Below are positions 53,235 to 62,881 of a stretch of 64,000 nucleotides of DNA, piece after piece. Location of the stretch: positions 292,688-356,687 of the forward strand of contig MGGJ01000001.1 of assembly GCA_001792345.1 (NCBI GenBank), read 5' to 3'. A program made the translations under genes and the position numbers. This DNA is from Candidatus Woesebacteria bacterium RIFCSPHIGHO2_01_FULL_39_32. GTDB lineage: Bacteria > Patescibacteriota > Microgenomatia > UBA8517. Each line of letters starts with the position of its first letter. Position 1 is the stretch's first letter. The notes beneath the pieces are model-generated. The model ran no database searches and was not told where the DNA came from. It saw only the letters and a program-made list of their open reading frames with translations.

Positions 53235-56200
53235 TGGCTGATAAATTCGTTCATCTACATGTTCATACTGAATACTCTCTTCTTGATGGATTATCAAATA
53301 TTAAGAAATTGGCTTCTTATGTAAAAGAAAACGACATGGATGCAGTCGCAATAACCGACCATGGAGTAATGTACGGTGTAATTGAATTTTATAAAAAAAT
53401 GAAAAAAGAGGAGATTAAACCAATCATTGGTATGGAAGCTTATACCACCGAAGGTGATTTAAGAAACCGTCCGGAAAGATCAAAACTCAAAAATTACCAC
53501 CTATTACTTCTGGCAAAAAACGAGGTTGGCTACAAAAATCTAATGAAACTTACTTCAATCGGACATTTAGAGGGATATTATTACCGTCCCAGAGTCGACA
53601 GAGATACTCTTAAGAAATACTCGGAAGGTCTCATTTGTACGTCAGCCTGTCCACAAGGAGAAATAGCCCGTGCGCTGTTAGATTCCGACTACAAAAAAGC
53701 AAGAGAGATTGCTATCTGGTTTCTGGACGTTTTTAAAGATGATTATTACTTGGAGATTCAAAGACACGAATATGAAAAGTTTATAAAAAGTGCGGAAAAC
53801 GAGGAAATTAAAAAAAATCTTGCTGAGCTTTCTGACAATGAAAAGCTAGTTAACGATCAAATTATTAAACTCAGTCGCGATTTGGGAATTCCACTTGTGG
53901 CAACAAACGATGCCCACTATATAAAAAAGCAGGATGCAGAAGCCCAAGATGCACTTGTCTGTATTGCAACAGGCAAAAATGTATCCGATCTTAAAAGACT
54001 TCGTTTCATTGATGCTCAAACATTCTATATCCGCACACCCAACGAGATGTATGAGTTGTTTGAGGATTTAGAAGATGCATGTAAAAACACGCTTTTAATT
54101 GCTGATAAATGCGGTATAAATATAACTTTAGATAAATGGTACTTTCCTAAATATCAACTTGAAGCAAAAACTCCGGAGGCGGAACTGGACGAAAAATCTT
54201 GGGCAGGACTCAGGCAGCGCATAGAAAAAATCACTCCTGAAATAAAAGAGCGCCTAACATATGAGCTAGACATAATTAAAAAGAAAGGTTATGCAACATA
54301 TTTTTTGATTGTTTCCGACATGGCTTCTTGGTGTAACGAAAATGGGATTGTCACAAATACAAGAGGCTCTACGGCAGGATCGTTAACAGCATATTCTTTA
54401 GGAATTGTGAATATTAATCCGATGATTTATGATCTTCCTTTTGAACGTTTCTTAACTCCTTGGAGGCCATCTCCACCTGATATAGATTTTGATATCGCGG
54501 ATGATAGACGCGATGAAGTAATCAATTATATAACCGGAAAATACGGGAAAGATAAAGTCGCCCAAATTTGCACTTTCGGTCGAATGCTCGCACGTGCTTC
54601 TGTTCGGGATATTGCCAGAGTACTGGGTTTTCCTTATGCGACAGGAGATAGGATTTCAAAAATTATACCAATAGGTTCTCAAGGGTTTCCGATGACTATA
54701 GAGCACGCTCTGACTATTTCTCCCGAACTTAAAAATATTTATGAAAACGATAAAGACTCTAAAAAAATAATAGACCTTGCAAGGCACGTTGAGGGAAGTG
54801 CAAGGCACATCTCTGTCCACGCAGCAGGAGTTGTAATTGCTCCTTCCGAAATAACGAATTTTACTCCGGTGCAACTTGATCCCGAGGGTAAAAAAATAAT
54901 TACGCAGTACGATATGGATGCATTGGATCCTAATGTATCGCCAGGAGAAGCTGTAGGTTTACTGAAATTTGATCTACTAGGACTAAGAAATCTCTCTATT
55001 TTAGGAGCTGTCATAGATATCGTCCAAAGGCAACAAGAAGTCGAAATAAAATTAATAGATTTACCACTTAACGACAAAAAGACTTTCGAAATGCTCTCTA
55101 AAGGAGATACAATGGGTGTCTTTCAACTCTCGGGAGCTGGTATGACGCGGTATTTAAAGGAACTAAAACCGACTAGGGTTGAGGATCTTATGGCGATGGT
55201 AGCACTTTACCGACCAGGCCCAATGTCGCAGATCCCCGAGTATATAGAGAGGAAAAATAATCCGCAAAAAGTTACATACTTTGACAATAGGATGAAAGAG
55301 TACTTGGACAAATCCTATGGACTGCTAGTTTATCAGGATGATGTGTTTCTTACCGCGATTAATATCGCCGGCTACACGTGGGAAGAAGCGGATAAATTCA
55401 GAAAAGCTGTAGGAAAGAAAATTCCTCAAGAAATGGAGAAACAAAGAGATAGGTTCATTGATGGTGCCGTTAAAAATGGTACAACAAAGGATAAGGCGGA
55501 AGAGCTTTTTAAACTAATCGAGCCTTTTTCGGGATACGGATTTAATAAAGCACATGCGGCAAGCTATGGTATGGTCGCATATTGGACTGGCTACATGAAG
55601 GCTAATTACCCAGTTGAATTTATGGCCGCACTTTTAACCGCAGAGTCAAAAGATAGCGAGAAGATTTCATCCGCCGTCCACGAGTGTCGCAGAATGGGAA
55701 TGAAAGTGCTTCCCCCAGATATCAACGAAAGCGATGTTGGATTTAAAATCGTTCTTGATAACGATTCATTGGAAAAAAAGGCAATAAGATTTGGTTTTGA
55801 TGCTATAAAAAATGTAGGAAAAGCGGCTATTGATGCTATTTTGGAAGCCCGAAGTGAATCCTCCTTTATGACATTCACCGATTTTCTTTCACGGGTTGAT
55901 GCAAGGCGGGTAAACAAAAAAGTCCTGGAAAGTCTAATAAAGGTGGGAGCTCTATCTAAGTTTGGTGGCCGCGCCGCTCTCATCGGTTCAATCGATGCTG
56001 TCAGGGAAAGGGTTGGTAAACCTAAAGGCCCAACTAATCAGGAAGGACTTTTCCAGGAAGACGATATCAAAAAGGCAAGTATTAGCGAACTTATTGAAAA
56101 GATTGCCAACGTTAACGAGTTTAATGAAGACGAGATTCAGGCTCTTGAGCGCCAGCTTCTTGGATTTTCTCTTTCCGCAAAACCGATAAATGAAATTTTA

Positions 56201-56743
56201 GAGCCTATTGAACACATGGCAACACATAAAATTCAGGAAATATTTAGTGACACACAGCCAGATCTGAGTGTAAGAATTGCGGCAATTGTTTCGGACGTAC
56301 GCGTAATAATTACTAAAAAAAGCGGCCAGGAAATGGCTTTCGTAAAAGTCAGAGACGAAACAGGAGTTATCGAGTTGGTAGTTTTTCCTAAAGTATTTCA
56401 AAGTACACGAAATGCTTGGGTAGATAATAGGCCTTTGGTTATTTCCGGACGTGTTGATACGAGAGATGAAGAACCCTCAATATTGGTAAACGAAATTTCA
56501 ACACAAGAGGAGGCAGAGAACTTAAAAGGCAGACTTTTTATTAAAATTCCTAAAGAAACACATGTTGATAGTCTAAGGAAACTGAAAGAAATTTTTTTAG
56601 AAAATCCTGGCAAACAGTCTGTAACTTTAATTTTTGAAGCAGGGAGCCGAAGAACTGTAGATCTACCCGTTCGAATTAGCTGGAGCGAGGACCTATCAAG
56701 ACAAATTTCGAATATACTTGAGTTGAAAAACTCTTTAGATTGA
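53234..56743 (+). CDS. dnaE: DNA polymerase III subunit alpha
   Basis: FVHLHVHTEYSLLDG, PDIDFD, HAAGVVI, KFDLLGL, YGFNKAHA. Confidence 0.98.
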   Translation: MADKFVHLHVHTEYSLLDGLSNIKKLASYVKENDMDAVAITDHGVMYGVIEFYKKMKKEEIKPIIGMEAYTTEGDLRNRPERSKLKNYHLLLLAKNEVGYKNLMKLTSIGHLEGYYYRPRVDRDTLKKYSEGLICTSACPQGEIARALLDSDYKKAREIAIWFLDVFKDDYYLEIQRHEYEKFIKSAENEEIKKNLAELSDNEKLVNDQIIKLSRDLGIPLVATNDAHYIKKQDAEAQDALVCIATGKNVSDLKRLRFIDAQTFYIRTPNEMYELFEDLEDACKNTLLIADKCGINITLDKWYFPKYQLEAKTPEAELDEKSWAGLRQRIEKITPEIKERLTYELDIIKKKGYATYFLIVSDMASWCNENGIVTNTRGSTAGSLTAYSLGIVNINPMIYDLPFERFLTPWRPSPPDIDFDIADDRRDEVINYITGKYGKDKVAQICTFGRMLARASVRDIARVLGFPYATGDRISKIIPIGSQGFPMTIEHALTISPELKNIYENDKDSKKIIDLARHVEGSARHISVHAAGVVIAPSEITNFTPVQLDPEGKKIITQYDMDALDPNVSPGEAVGLLKFDLLGLRNLSILGAVIDIVQRQQEVEIKLIDLPLNDKKTFEMLSKGDTMGVFQLSGAGMTRYLKELKPTRVEDLMAMVALYRPGPMSQIPEYIERKNNPQKVTYFDNRMKEYLDKSYGLLVYQDDVFLTAINIAGYTWEEADKFRKAVGKKIPQEMEKQRDRFIDGAVKNGTTKDKAEELFKLIEPFSGYGFNKAHAASYGMVAYWTGYMKANYPVEFMAALLTAESKDSEKISSAVHECRRMGMKVLPPDINESDVGFKIVLDNDSLEKKAIRFGFDAIKNVGKAAIDAILEARSESSFMTFTDFLSRVDARRVNKKVLESLIKVGALSKFGGRAALIGSIDAVRERVGKPKGPTNQEGLFQEDDIKKASISELIEKIANVNEFNEDEIQALERQLLGFSLSAKPINEILEPIEHMATHKIQEIFSDTQPDLSVRIAAIVSDVRVIITKKSGQEMAFVKVRDETGVIELVVFPKVFQSTRNAWVDNRPLVISGRVDTRDEEPSILVNEISTQEEAENLKGRLFIKIPKETHVDSLRKLKEIFLENPGKQSVTLIFEAGSRRTVDLPVRISWSEDLSRQISNILELKNSLD

Positions 56744-56804
56744 ACAGAAATTGAAAAACTATGCTCTTTTGTTGTAGAATAATCAGGTTTGTTTGAAAAA
56801 TATT

Positions 56805-57164
56805 ATGGCACTTTTTGCATCTCACAAAGAAACACAGTTTGGTGTCGGAGACAGAATAAGAGTAATTCAAAAAATAAAGGAAGGGGAAAGAACTAGATCT
56901 TACTCGTTTGAGGGTATGGTATTAGGTATAAAAGGAAGGGATGTAAACCGCTCTTTCACTGTTCGACGCATAGGTGCCGGTCATATAGGTATTGAGCGAA
57001 TATATCCGCTTGCATCTCCGACAATTGAAAAAATTGAGGTTCTCAGGCGCGGGAAGGAAGGAGTTAGACATGCAAAACTTTACTACAGTCGAGATAAGTC
57101 AAAAAAAGAAATAGAGAAAATATTCTCCAGAGCTGCTAGAAAAATCAAGGCCAAAAAGAAGTAG
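56805..57164 (+). CDS. rplS: 50S ribosomal protein L19
   Basis: FGVGDRIRV..IKEGER.R...FEG, FTVRRI, GIERIYP, RHAKLYY. Confidence 0.95.
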   Translation: MALFASHKETQFGVGDRIRVIQKIKEGERTRSYSFEGMVLGIKGRDVNRSFTVRRIGAGHIGIERIYPLASPTIEKIEVLRRGKEGVRHAKLYYSRDKSKKEIEKIFSRAARKIKAKKK

Positions 57165-57176
57165 TATTAATAACTT

Positions 57177-57551
57177 ATGAAGGGTAAACGTGGATGGGGA
57201 CAGGCAGGAGAAGAATACGCCACAGAACTTCTCAAGAAAAACGGTTACACGATTCTAGAAAGAAACTACAAAAGCGTTATCGGTGAAATAGATATTATTG
57301 CACTTGACCCTTCGACAGGCTCAGGGCCTGACGGTACGCTGGTTTTTGTTGAAGTAAAGACTAGATGGAGCCCAAAATTTGGAACTCCTCAGGAAGCTGT
57401 AAATTCCCGAAAACTATATAAAATTAAAAGGGTAGGGGAATACTATTTGATGACACATCCGACTTCTCCTCGAAAGCTTCGGATCGATGTTGTAGCAATT
57501 GAAATGGATAAGGCAACTGTCAAAAGCTCTAAAATTATTAAAGTAGTCTGA
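57177..57551 (+). CDS. YraN/UPF0102 family endonuclease-like protein
   Basis: G..GE..A...L...GY.ILERNY, GEIDIIA, LVFVEVKTR, RIDVVAI. Confidence 0.92.
   Translation: MKGKRGWGQAGEEYATELLKKNGYTILERNYKSVIGEIDIIALDPSTGSGPDGTLVFVEVKTRWSPKFGTPQEAVNSRKLYKIKRVGEYYLMTHPTSPRKLRIDVVAIEMDKATVKSSKIIKVV
57305..57332. repeat. REP-like palindrome, copy 5, in frame within the YraN-family gene
   Basis: TGAC-CCTTCGACAGGCTCAGGGCC-TGAC; encodes DPSTGSGP. Confidence 0.85.
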
Positions 57552-57570
57552 AACTGATATAATTATCTCT

Positions 57571-57792
57571 ATGGCAGAAAAAGCAAAAAAGAACAAACGC
57601 ACCAACATACACTTCAGGCAAACTTCAAAGGAATTTAGAGCTCAGAAACAAAATCAAGTCTACTCTGTGATGAATAGAAATTTACCTTACAGGGTATATA
57701 ATTTTTCCAAAAATCTTTTTAATGATCAACTTCAAAAATTGAAATTAAAAGCTACTAAAAAACCGGCGCCCTCTCGCAGAGTCAATTTCTGA
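57571..57792 (+). CDS. Small basic hypothetical protein
   Basis: 73 aa, Lys/Arg-rich; TGATATAAT just upstream. Confidence 0.55.
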   Translation: MAEKAKKNKRTNIHFRQTSKEFRAQKQNQVYSVMNRNLPYRVYNFSKNLFNDQLQKLKLKATKKPAPSRRVNF

Positions 57793-57846
57793 ATCCGCTG
57801 AGTAACACCGGCAGCATATACTAGCATATAATCAAATTCCTTCATA

Positions 57847-58647
57847 CTACGGCTTTATACAAAAGTAACTTCCAATAGTCGAAATCTCGGTTAGTTTGAT
57901 AAGGTTTGTAATAAATGCAGAATGACTTCCTCCATCAAGATTAATTGCGTCTTTAATTTCAAATGCAGTATTTTTCTGTAAGTCTGATAACACACTTGGT
58001 ACTTCAGTAAGTTTAGGACCCAAAAGTGTGTTTGATTTATCATAAATTGCTATAAAAACTACTTCACCTTTGTCTGTTACAGCTGCGATAATTCTTCTTG
58101 CATTTTCGTCACGTTCTAAACTTATTGTCAGGGTATCTTCGTCTCTCATGAGTATAGGGCCGGATTGAACAGCAATTTTTGGATTTTGCGGAGGAGCGGA
58201 TGAAATAAAAGCAACGTTTTCTTCATCAATGAAAAAATAACCATTAAAAGTTGTATTTTCTTGAGCTTCACTTAACTTAACAAAGTTTGTTACAAAAAGT
58301 CCTATATGAGTGTTTTTCTCGGAATAAAAAGAGCCGGATAAAAGATGATTACAACTATGTTTAGATAGAGCATCGCCTGAGGGAAGATCTTCTTCTAGGT
58401 TTGAAAAAAGCTCTATTTTATCCGTATCACGAATTATTACCCAAACTGTTTTATATTGCGGATTATCAATAGGTTCAAATTGTGTTCCTGGCGTGGGACT
58501 AAAATCAATTTTGGGTGTTGTTTCAAAACTTCCTTCAGATGTTTTATCGGGAAAATTGTTTCCGCTTCTTTTTATAAAGTTACTAATTATTAAATAAGCT
58601 AAGATTATAGTTATGACTGAAGCTATGATTGTTAATACTTTTTTCAC
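57847..58647 (-). CDS. Phosphodiester glycosidase (NAGPA-like) family protein
   Basis: AVQSGPIL, ARR, AINLDGGSHS; N-terminal TM. Confidence 0.8.
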   Translation of the reverse strand: MKKVLTIIASVITIILAYLIISNFIKRSGNNFPDKTSEGSFETTPKIDFSPTPGTQFEPIDNPQYKTVWVIIRDTDKIELFSNLEEDLPSGDALSKHSCNHLLSGSFYSEKNTHIGLFVTNFVKLSEAQENTTFNGYFFIDEENVAFISSAPPQNPKIAVQSGPILMRDEDTLTISLERDENARRIIAAVTDKGEVVFIAIYDKSNTLLGPKLTEVPSVLSDLQKNTAFEIKDAINLDGGSHSAFITNLIKLTEISTIGSYFCIKP

Positions 58648-58712
58648 TCTATAAGCATAACAATATTTAGTGTTTTTGGAAATATTAGTATTAGTGATAC
58701 AATACTAAGAAT

Positions 58713-58952
58713 ATGGCGAAAAGATTGAAACCTTCTGCCCAAGAAGTTAGTTTCAATACCACACTTTTTTTATTCACTCTTTCATTTTTCCTTATTACAG
58801 TGGTGACATATCAATTTAAAAAAATTACTTATAATCTTGCTTACTATCAACTATCGGCTATAGAACAAAAGTGTCGTGTATATCCAAAAAACCCTAAGGT
58901 ATTAAAGTGGACAGAAGCCGAACTTCATCAAAAGTGTAGGATATTACGTTAG
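58713..58952 (+). CDS. Hypothetical single-TM protein
   Basis: TGATACAAT upstream; hydrophobic segment. Confidence 0.5.
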   Translation: MAKRLKPSAQEVSFNTTLFLFTLSFFLITVVTYQFKKITYNLAYYQLSAIEQKCRVYPKNPKVLKWTEAELHQKCRILR

Positions 58953-58960
58953 AATCCGCT

Positions 58961-59236
58961 ATGAAGAAAAATTGGTCGGGAGAAGTTACGAAACATTCAA
59001 TTGCACTTGATTTGGAAGAAGGAGTTTTTACTTGGAAAGATTCCAAGAAAATAGCGATTTCCCTTAAAAATTCTGCTGAAGATAGTATTAGAAAGAAAGC
59101 AAAAACTCCATATCAGTCGGCCATGAGTATGCTTAATTTTTATATAAACCGCGCAGGAAAAAAGCTAGAACCAAAACAAAAAAGGGTTTTAACTATTGCA
59201 AAAGTTGAGCTTCGAAAAATTTTTGGAAAATTGTAA
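58961..59236 (+). CDS. DUF3175 family protein
   Basis: WSGEVT..S.ALDLEEGVFT...IA.SLK.SA...PYQSAMSMLNFYINRAG. Confidence 0.85.
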   Translation: MKKNWSGEVTKHSIALDLEEGVFTWKDSKKIAISLKNSAEDSIRKKAKTPYQSAMSMLNFYINRAGKKLEPKQKRVLTIAKVELRKIFGKL

Positions 59237-59251
59237 TATAATTGCGTTATA

Positions 59252-59491
59252 ATGCGGGGAAATAGAACGTTTCGCTATTTTTCTGCCCACATTCTAAATC
59301 TGCCTCATCTTTCTTCAAAAGAAAAAGATGTATTGATACGCAGGCTAAAAACTATAACACTAGAAAATATTGGAAAAAAGTACCAAGTTACAGAAGGTAG
59401 GATCCGTCAAATTGAACGAGAAGCACTCAGAAAAGTAAAGAGCAAATCATATCAACAAAGACTATTCAAGGATAAAAGCGGTAACAATTAA
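59252..59491 (+). CDS. Stand-alone sigma-70 region 4 HTH protein
   Basis: LSSKEKDVLIRR...TLENIGKKYQVTEGRIRQIEREALRK. Confidence 0.85.
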   Translation: MRGNRTFRYFSAHILNLPHLSSKEKDVLIRRLKTITLENIGKKYQVTEGRIRQIEREALRKVKSKSYQQRLFKDKSGNN

Positions 59492-59871
59492 TGTTCTAGT
59501 TTTTCTGCTTCTTCGGCTTCTTTTTTAGTCGGATGAACTGTTCCTTCAGGATGATTCGGAGGTGAATAAATTGTATAAAGTTTCAATTCTTCTTTCTCCG
59601 AAGAATTTATAATATTATGCTCGCTACCGGCGGGAATAATAACTACGTCGTCTTGATGAACATTAAGTTCCTGTCCGTCAATTAGAACTTTACCCTCACC
59701 TTGTTCAAATCTGAAAAATTGGTCAACCTTTGGGTGAACCTCAAGGCCGATTTCTTCCCTAGGCTTTAAACTCATAACAACCAGCTGACAATATTTTGCA
59801 GTAAAGAGAACCTTCCTGAAGTTTGTATTTGACAGCGACAGCTTTTCAATATTTGCATGGTATCCTTTCAT
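59488..59871 (-). CDS. Cupin domain protein
   Basis: NFRKVLFT, QLVVMSL, EIGLEVH..VDQFF, PAGSEHN, LYTIYSPP.H. Confidence 0.9.
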   Translation of the reverse strand: MKGYHANIEKLSLSNTNFRKVLFTAKYCQLVVMSLKPREEIGLEVHPKVDQFFRFEQGEGKVLIDGQELNVHQDDVVIIPAGSEHNIINSSEKEELKLYTIYSPPNHPEGTVHPTKKEAEEAEKLEH

Positions 59872-59915
59872 TTTTTATCACCCCCACTACTCTGTATAAT
59901 AATATATTAGACTTT

Positions 59916-60437
59916 ATGAAAAGGTTATATATAATTACCTTTTGTTTAGGAATATTATTCGGTTACCAAGGAATGCGAGCGATTCGATTAAAGGTAACGG
60001 TAAAAGGTGACGTTCTTTCACAAAGTTTAGAGGCAACTATTACTCCTACTCCAACACTTTCCCCAACACCTACGACAAGTCCGACGCTGACATTAACGCC
60101 TACGCAGATAACTCCTACACTCAAACAAACACTGATTGTTATAGCACCAAACGACTTGGAACCTTTATTTAGGCAATATTCTACAACTTATAACGTCGAC
60201 GAATACAGGCTTAAAAAGATTGCTTATTGCGAGTCTCATTTTAATACGGGAGTATATAAAGACCCTTACGCGGGGATGTATCAATTTAGTGAAAACACAT
60301 GGTCTAAGTATCGCAATATGATGGGAAAAGATCCTAATTCCGATCTTCGCTTCGGAGCAAGAGAATCGATAGAAACAGCGGCTTTCGTTATTTCTCTAGG
60401 ACAAGATGCTATTTGGCCTTCGTGTACTGAGTTTTGA
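59916..60437 (+). CDS. Secreted lysozyme-like/transglycosylase-domain protein with a Pro/Thr linker
   Basis: IAYCESHFN, GMYQFSENTW, IWPSC; TPTP linker; ATG 59916 follows TGTATAAT. Confidence 0.75.
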   Translation: MKRLYIITFCLGILFGYQGMRAIRLKVTVKGDVLSQSLEATITPTPTLSPTPTTSPTLTLTPTQITPTLKQTLIVIAPNDLEPLFRQYSTTYNVDEYRLKKIAYCESHFNTGVYKDPYAGMYQFSENTWSKYRNMMGKDPNSDLRFGARESIETAAFVISLGQDAIWPSCTEF

Positions 60438-60678
60438 GGGTTGATTGGTTTTTCCCTTTAAATCTTTCGGAATAGTAAGAAAAAGGTTTTTGTTGCAAGC
60501 GTGCTCTCGCTTCCTTCTCTTTAGCCAATTGTAACTCTAATCCTTTCTGGCACACAGAATCCGTACAAGACATTTGAGTTGTGGTAACCATAGAATTTCC
60601 TACTAATTCTTTTGTTACTTTAATTACAATTAGCTGCCTACCGCATCTTGCACACAAATCTAGTGATTTTTTCGTCAA
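60409..60678 (-). CDS. Small putative Zn-ribbon protein
   Basis: CARC...CTDSVC. TTG 60678, directly after the RRM gene stop, is preferred over the track start. Confidence 0.65.
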   Translation of the reverse strand: MTKKSLDLCARCGRQLIVIKVTKELVGNSMVTTTQMSCTDSVCQKGLELQLAKEKEARARLQQKPFSYYSERFKGKNQSTLKTQYTKAK

Positions 60679-60679
60679 A

Positions 60680-61009
60680 TTAATATCCTTTTCTGCCTCT
60701 ACCTTTTCCTCTACCTGCATCAAATGATCTGCCCCGGTCGAAGTTTCTTGGACTTCTTTCCTCCATTGGTCTGGCAACGTTTACAATTATTTTTCTTCCG
60801 CCGATTTCAGTACCATTGAGTTTTTCAATAGCTTTATCGGCTTCTGAGTCATCATCCATATCTACAAACCCAAATCCTTTACTCTGACCTGAGTACTTGT
60901 CGGTTATAATATTACAAGAAGTAACTTTACCGTTTTGCGCGAAAATTTCCTCCAATTGTGTATTAGTTACACTGTAAGGGAGTCCTCCTACAAATAATCT
61001 TTTAGACAC
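60680..61009 (-). CDS. RRM-domain RNA-binding protein
   Basis: RNP2 LFVGGL, RNP1 KGFGFV, RG-rich tail. Confidence 0.93.
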   Translation of the reverse strand: MSKRLFVGGLPYSVTNTQLEEIFAQNGKVTSCNIITDKYSGQSKGFGFVDMDDDSEADKAIEKLNGTEIGGRKIIVNVARPMEERSPRNFDRGRSFDAGRGKGRGRKGY

Positions 61010-61219
61010 TTTTTATCACCGTCCTCATATTTACAAAACTCTAATTTTATTAGGTGATAAAATGCGCTTGAAGAAAGCTTTTTTTATCGAACTATGAAAA
61101 ACTGAGTGTAAATTATACTTTTTAAAAGTATGACCAAGTATAACACAAATAACAAAGTTTAGACAGAGACGGGTTAATTTGACTGGATACTCGTAAGATG
61201 TATACTAAATTAAGTATCG

Positions 61220-61810
61220 GTGCAAAAAATGACACGACCCTTATCTGTCTTACTTTTTTCAATACCTCTTATTATTTTAATTTTGTTTGTTGTGCAAGTT
61301 GTACTTATTAAGTCTAGTAAAAATTCATACTATATTATTGAGCCCAGTCCTTCTATCGGCAGGAGTCAGGAAGTAAGTGATTTTGAATCTTGTGCATCCT
61401 CCGGATATCCTGTTTTGGAATCATATCCCAGAAGATGTATCGCAAATGGCAATTCTTTCGTAGAAGAAATTGGGAACGAAATTGAAAAAATGGATTTAAT
61501 AATAGTTGACGATCCTCGTCCGAAGCAAGAAATATCAAGTCCTCTAAAACTAACAGGTCAAGCACGGGGAAATTGGTATTTTGAAGCTAGTTTTCCTGTG
61601 TATTTGTATGATGAAGAAGGAAATGAAATTGGAACAGCTATAGCCCAAGCTCAAAGTGACTGGATGACAGAAGAGTTTGTACCTTTTTCGGTAAACTTAG
61701 AATTCGATAAACCAGAAACGCTACAAGGGGAGTTGGTTTTACAGAAGGCAAATCCTTCCGGTTTATCTGAAAACGAAGACTCTCTTACTATTCCGGTACG
61801 GTTCAAATAA
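61220..61810 (+). CDS. Membrane-anchored Gmad2-type immunoglobulin-like domain protein
   Basis: FESC...GYPVLESYPRRC module; ISSPL..TGQARG.WYFEASFPV, DWMTEEFVPF, NPSG. Confidence 0.8.
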   Translation: MQKMTRPLSVLLFSIPLIILILFVVQVVLIKSSKNSYYIIEPSPSIGRSQEVSDFESCASSGYPVLESYPRRCIANGNSFVEEIGNEIEKMDLIIVDDPRPKQEISSPLKLTGQARGNWYFEASFPVYLYDEEGNEIGTAIAQAQSDWMTEEFVPFSVNLEFDKPETLQGELVLQKANPSGLSENEDSLTIPVRFK

Positions 61811-61819
61811 CTTCAGGAA

Positions 61820-62881
61820 ATGGCTCGCCTAACATACGAAGAATTGATCAAAAAGCATCTAAAAATACTCAGAAGCTTGAAAACTAAGTCTGGCCTTTTT
61901 TTGGCTTCCAAAAGTGGAATTTCAACAGGATATGACAAAAGCTGGTTGAGAGATAATTTTTACGAGACAATCGCTTTTGAAGTTATGGGTGATTGGGATA
62001 CAGTAGAAAAAACTTACAGGTCAATATTGGAAATATTTCTTAAATACGAAGAAAAAATTGACTGGGCTATCAGAGAAAAACCAAAGGAGTCCTACAAAAG
62101 AATACACGCGCGATTTCACCCGGAAACATTTGAAGAATTTTGGGAAGAATGGGGAAATAAGCAAAATGATGCGATAGGATGCATTTTATTCAGATTGGGG
62201 GAGTTGGAAATAAATCAAAAACGCTCAGTAATAAATACGCCCGACAAAACCCGAATTGTAAATAAGCTCGTCAGATACCTTGATGCAATAGAATATTGGC
62301 ATGATGCCGACTCAGGAATTTGGGAGATTGAAGAAGAAGTTCACGCATCTTCGATAGGAGCCTGTATCGCGGGGTTGAAATCCGTTGCAAGACTGCCCCA
62401 CATAGAAGTTTCATTAGGATTGATAAAAAGGGGGGAGCATGCACTTCATAATCTTCTTCCGAGGGAATCCGAGAAAAAATTTGTTGATCTCTCTCTTTTA
62501 TCGTTAATTTGGCCGTATGACATTGTGCAAAAAGAGGAGGGAGATGCAATTCTTGATAACGTAGAATATCATTTATTAAGGGATAGGGGCGTCATCAGGT
62601 TTAAAGGAGATTATTATTACAATAAAAATGAAGACCAGAAAAGTGAAGAGGCTGAATGGACTTTTGGACTTTCCTGGCTTGCAATAATTTATCAAAATCT
62701 GAGAAATGAAGAGAAAGCGATTGAGCTAATTAAGAATTTGATAACAATAGATACTTCCGAGGGAATGCCAGAGCTCTACTTTTCAAACTCTCCCGAATAT
62801 AATGAAAATACTCCACTCGGTTGGAGCGAGTCTTTATTTATAGTTGCTTTATATGAAATGAATGAAAGACTTGAGCATTGA
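61820..62881 (+). CDS. Glycoside hydrolase family 15-like (glucoamylase / phosphorylase-kinase-like) protein
   Basis: GYDKSWLRD, WGNKQND, DSGIWE, GVIRFKGD.Y, EWTFG, MPELY, PLGWSES. Confidence 0.8.
   Translation: MARLTYEELIKKHLKILRSLKTKSGLFLASKSGISTGYDKSWLRDNFYETIAFEVMGDWDTVEKTYRSILEIFLKYEEKIDWAIREKPKESYKRIHARFHPETFEEFWEEWGNKQNDAIGCILFRLGELEINQKRSVINTPDKTRIVNKLVRYLDAIEYWHDADSGIWEIEEEVHASSIGACIAGLKSVARLPHIEVSLGLIKRGEHALHNLLPRESEKKFVDLSLLSLIWPYDIVQKEEGDAILDNVEYHLLRDRGVIRFKGDYYYNKNEDQKSEEAEWTFGLSWLAIIYQNLRNEEKAIELIKNLITIDTSEGMPELYFSNSPEYNENTPLGWSESLFIVALYEMNERLEH

Noticed and set aside
60036-60120. Pro/Thr repeat coding tract
   Set aside because: Common low-complexity linker of secreted proteins.
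60680-60777. Apparent 98-nt same-strand overlap of ORF 60409-60777 with the RRM gene
   Set aside because: Resolved by a TTG start at 60678, immediately after the RRM stop.
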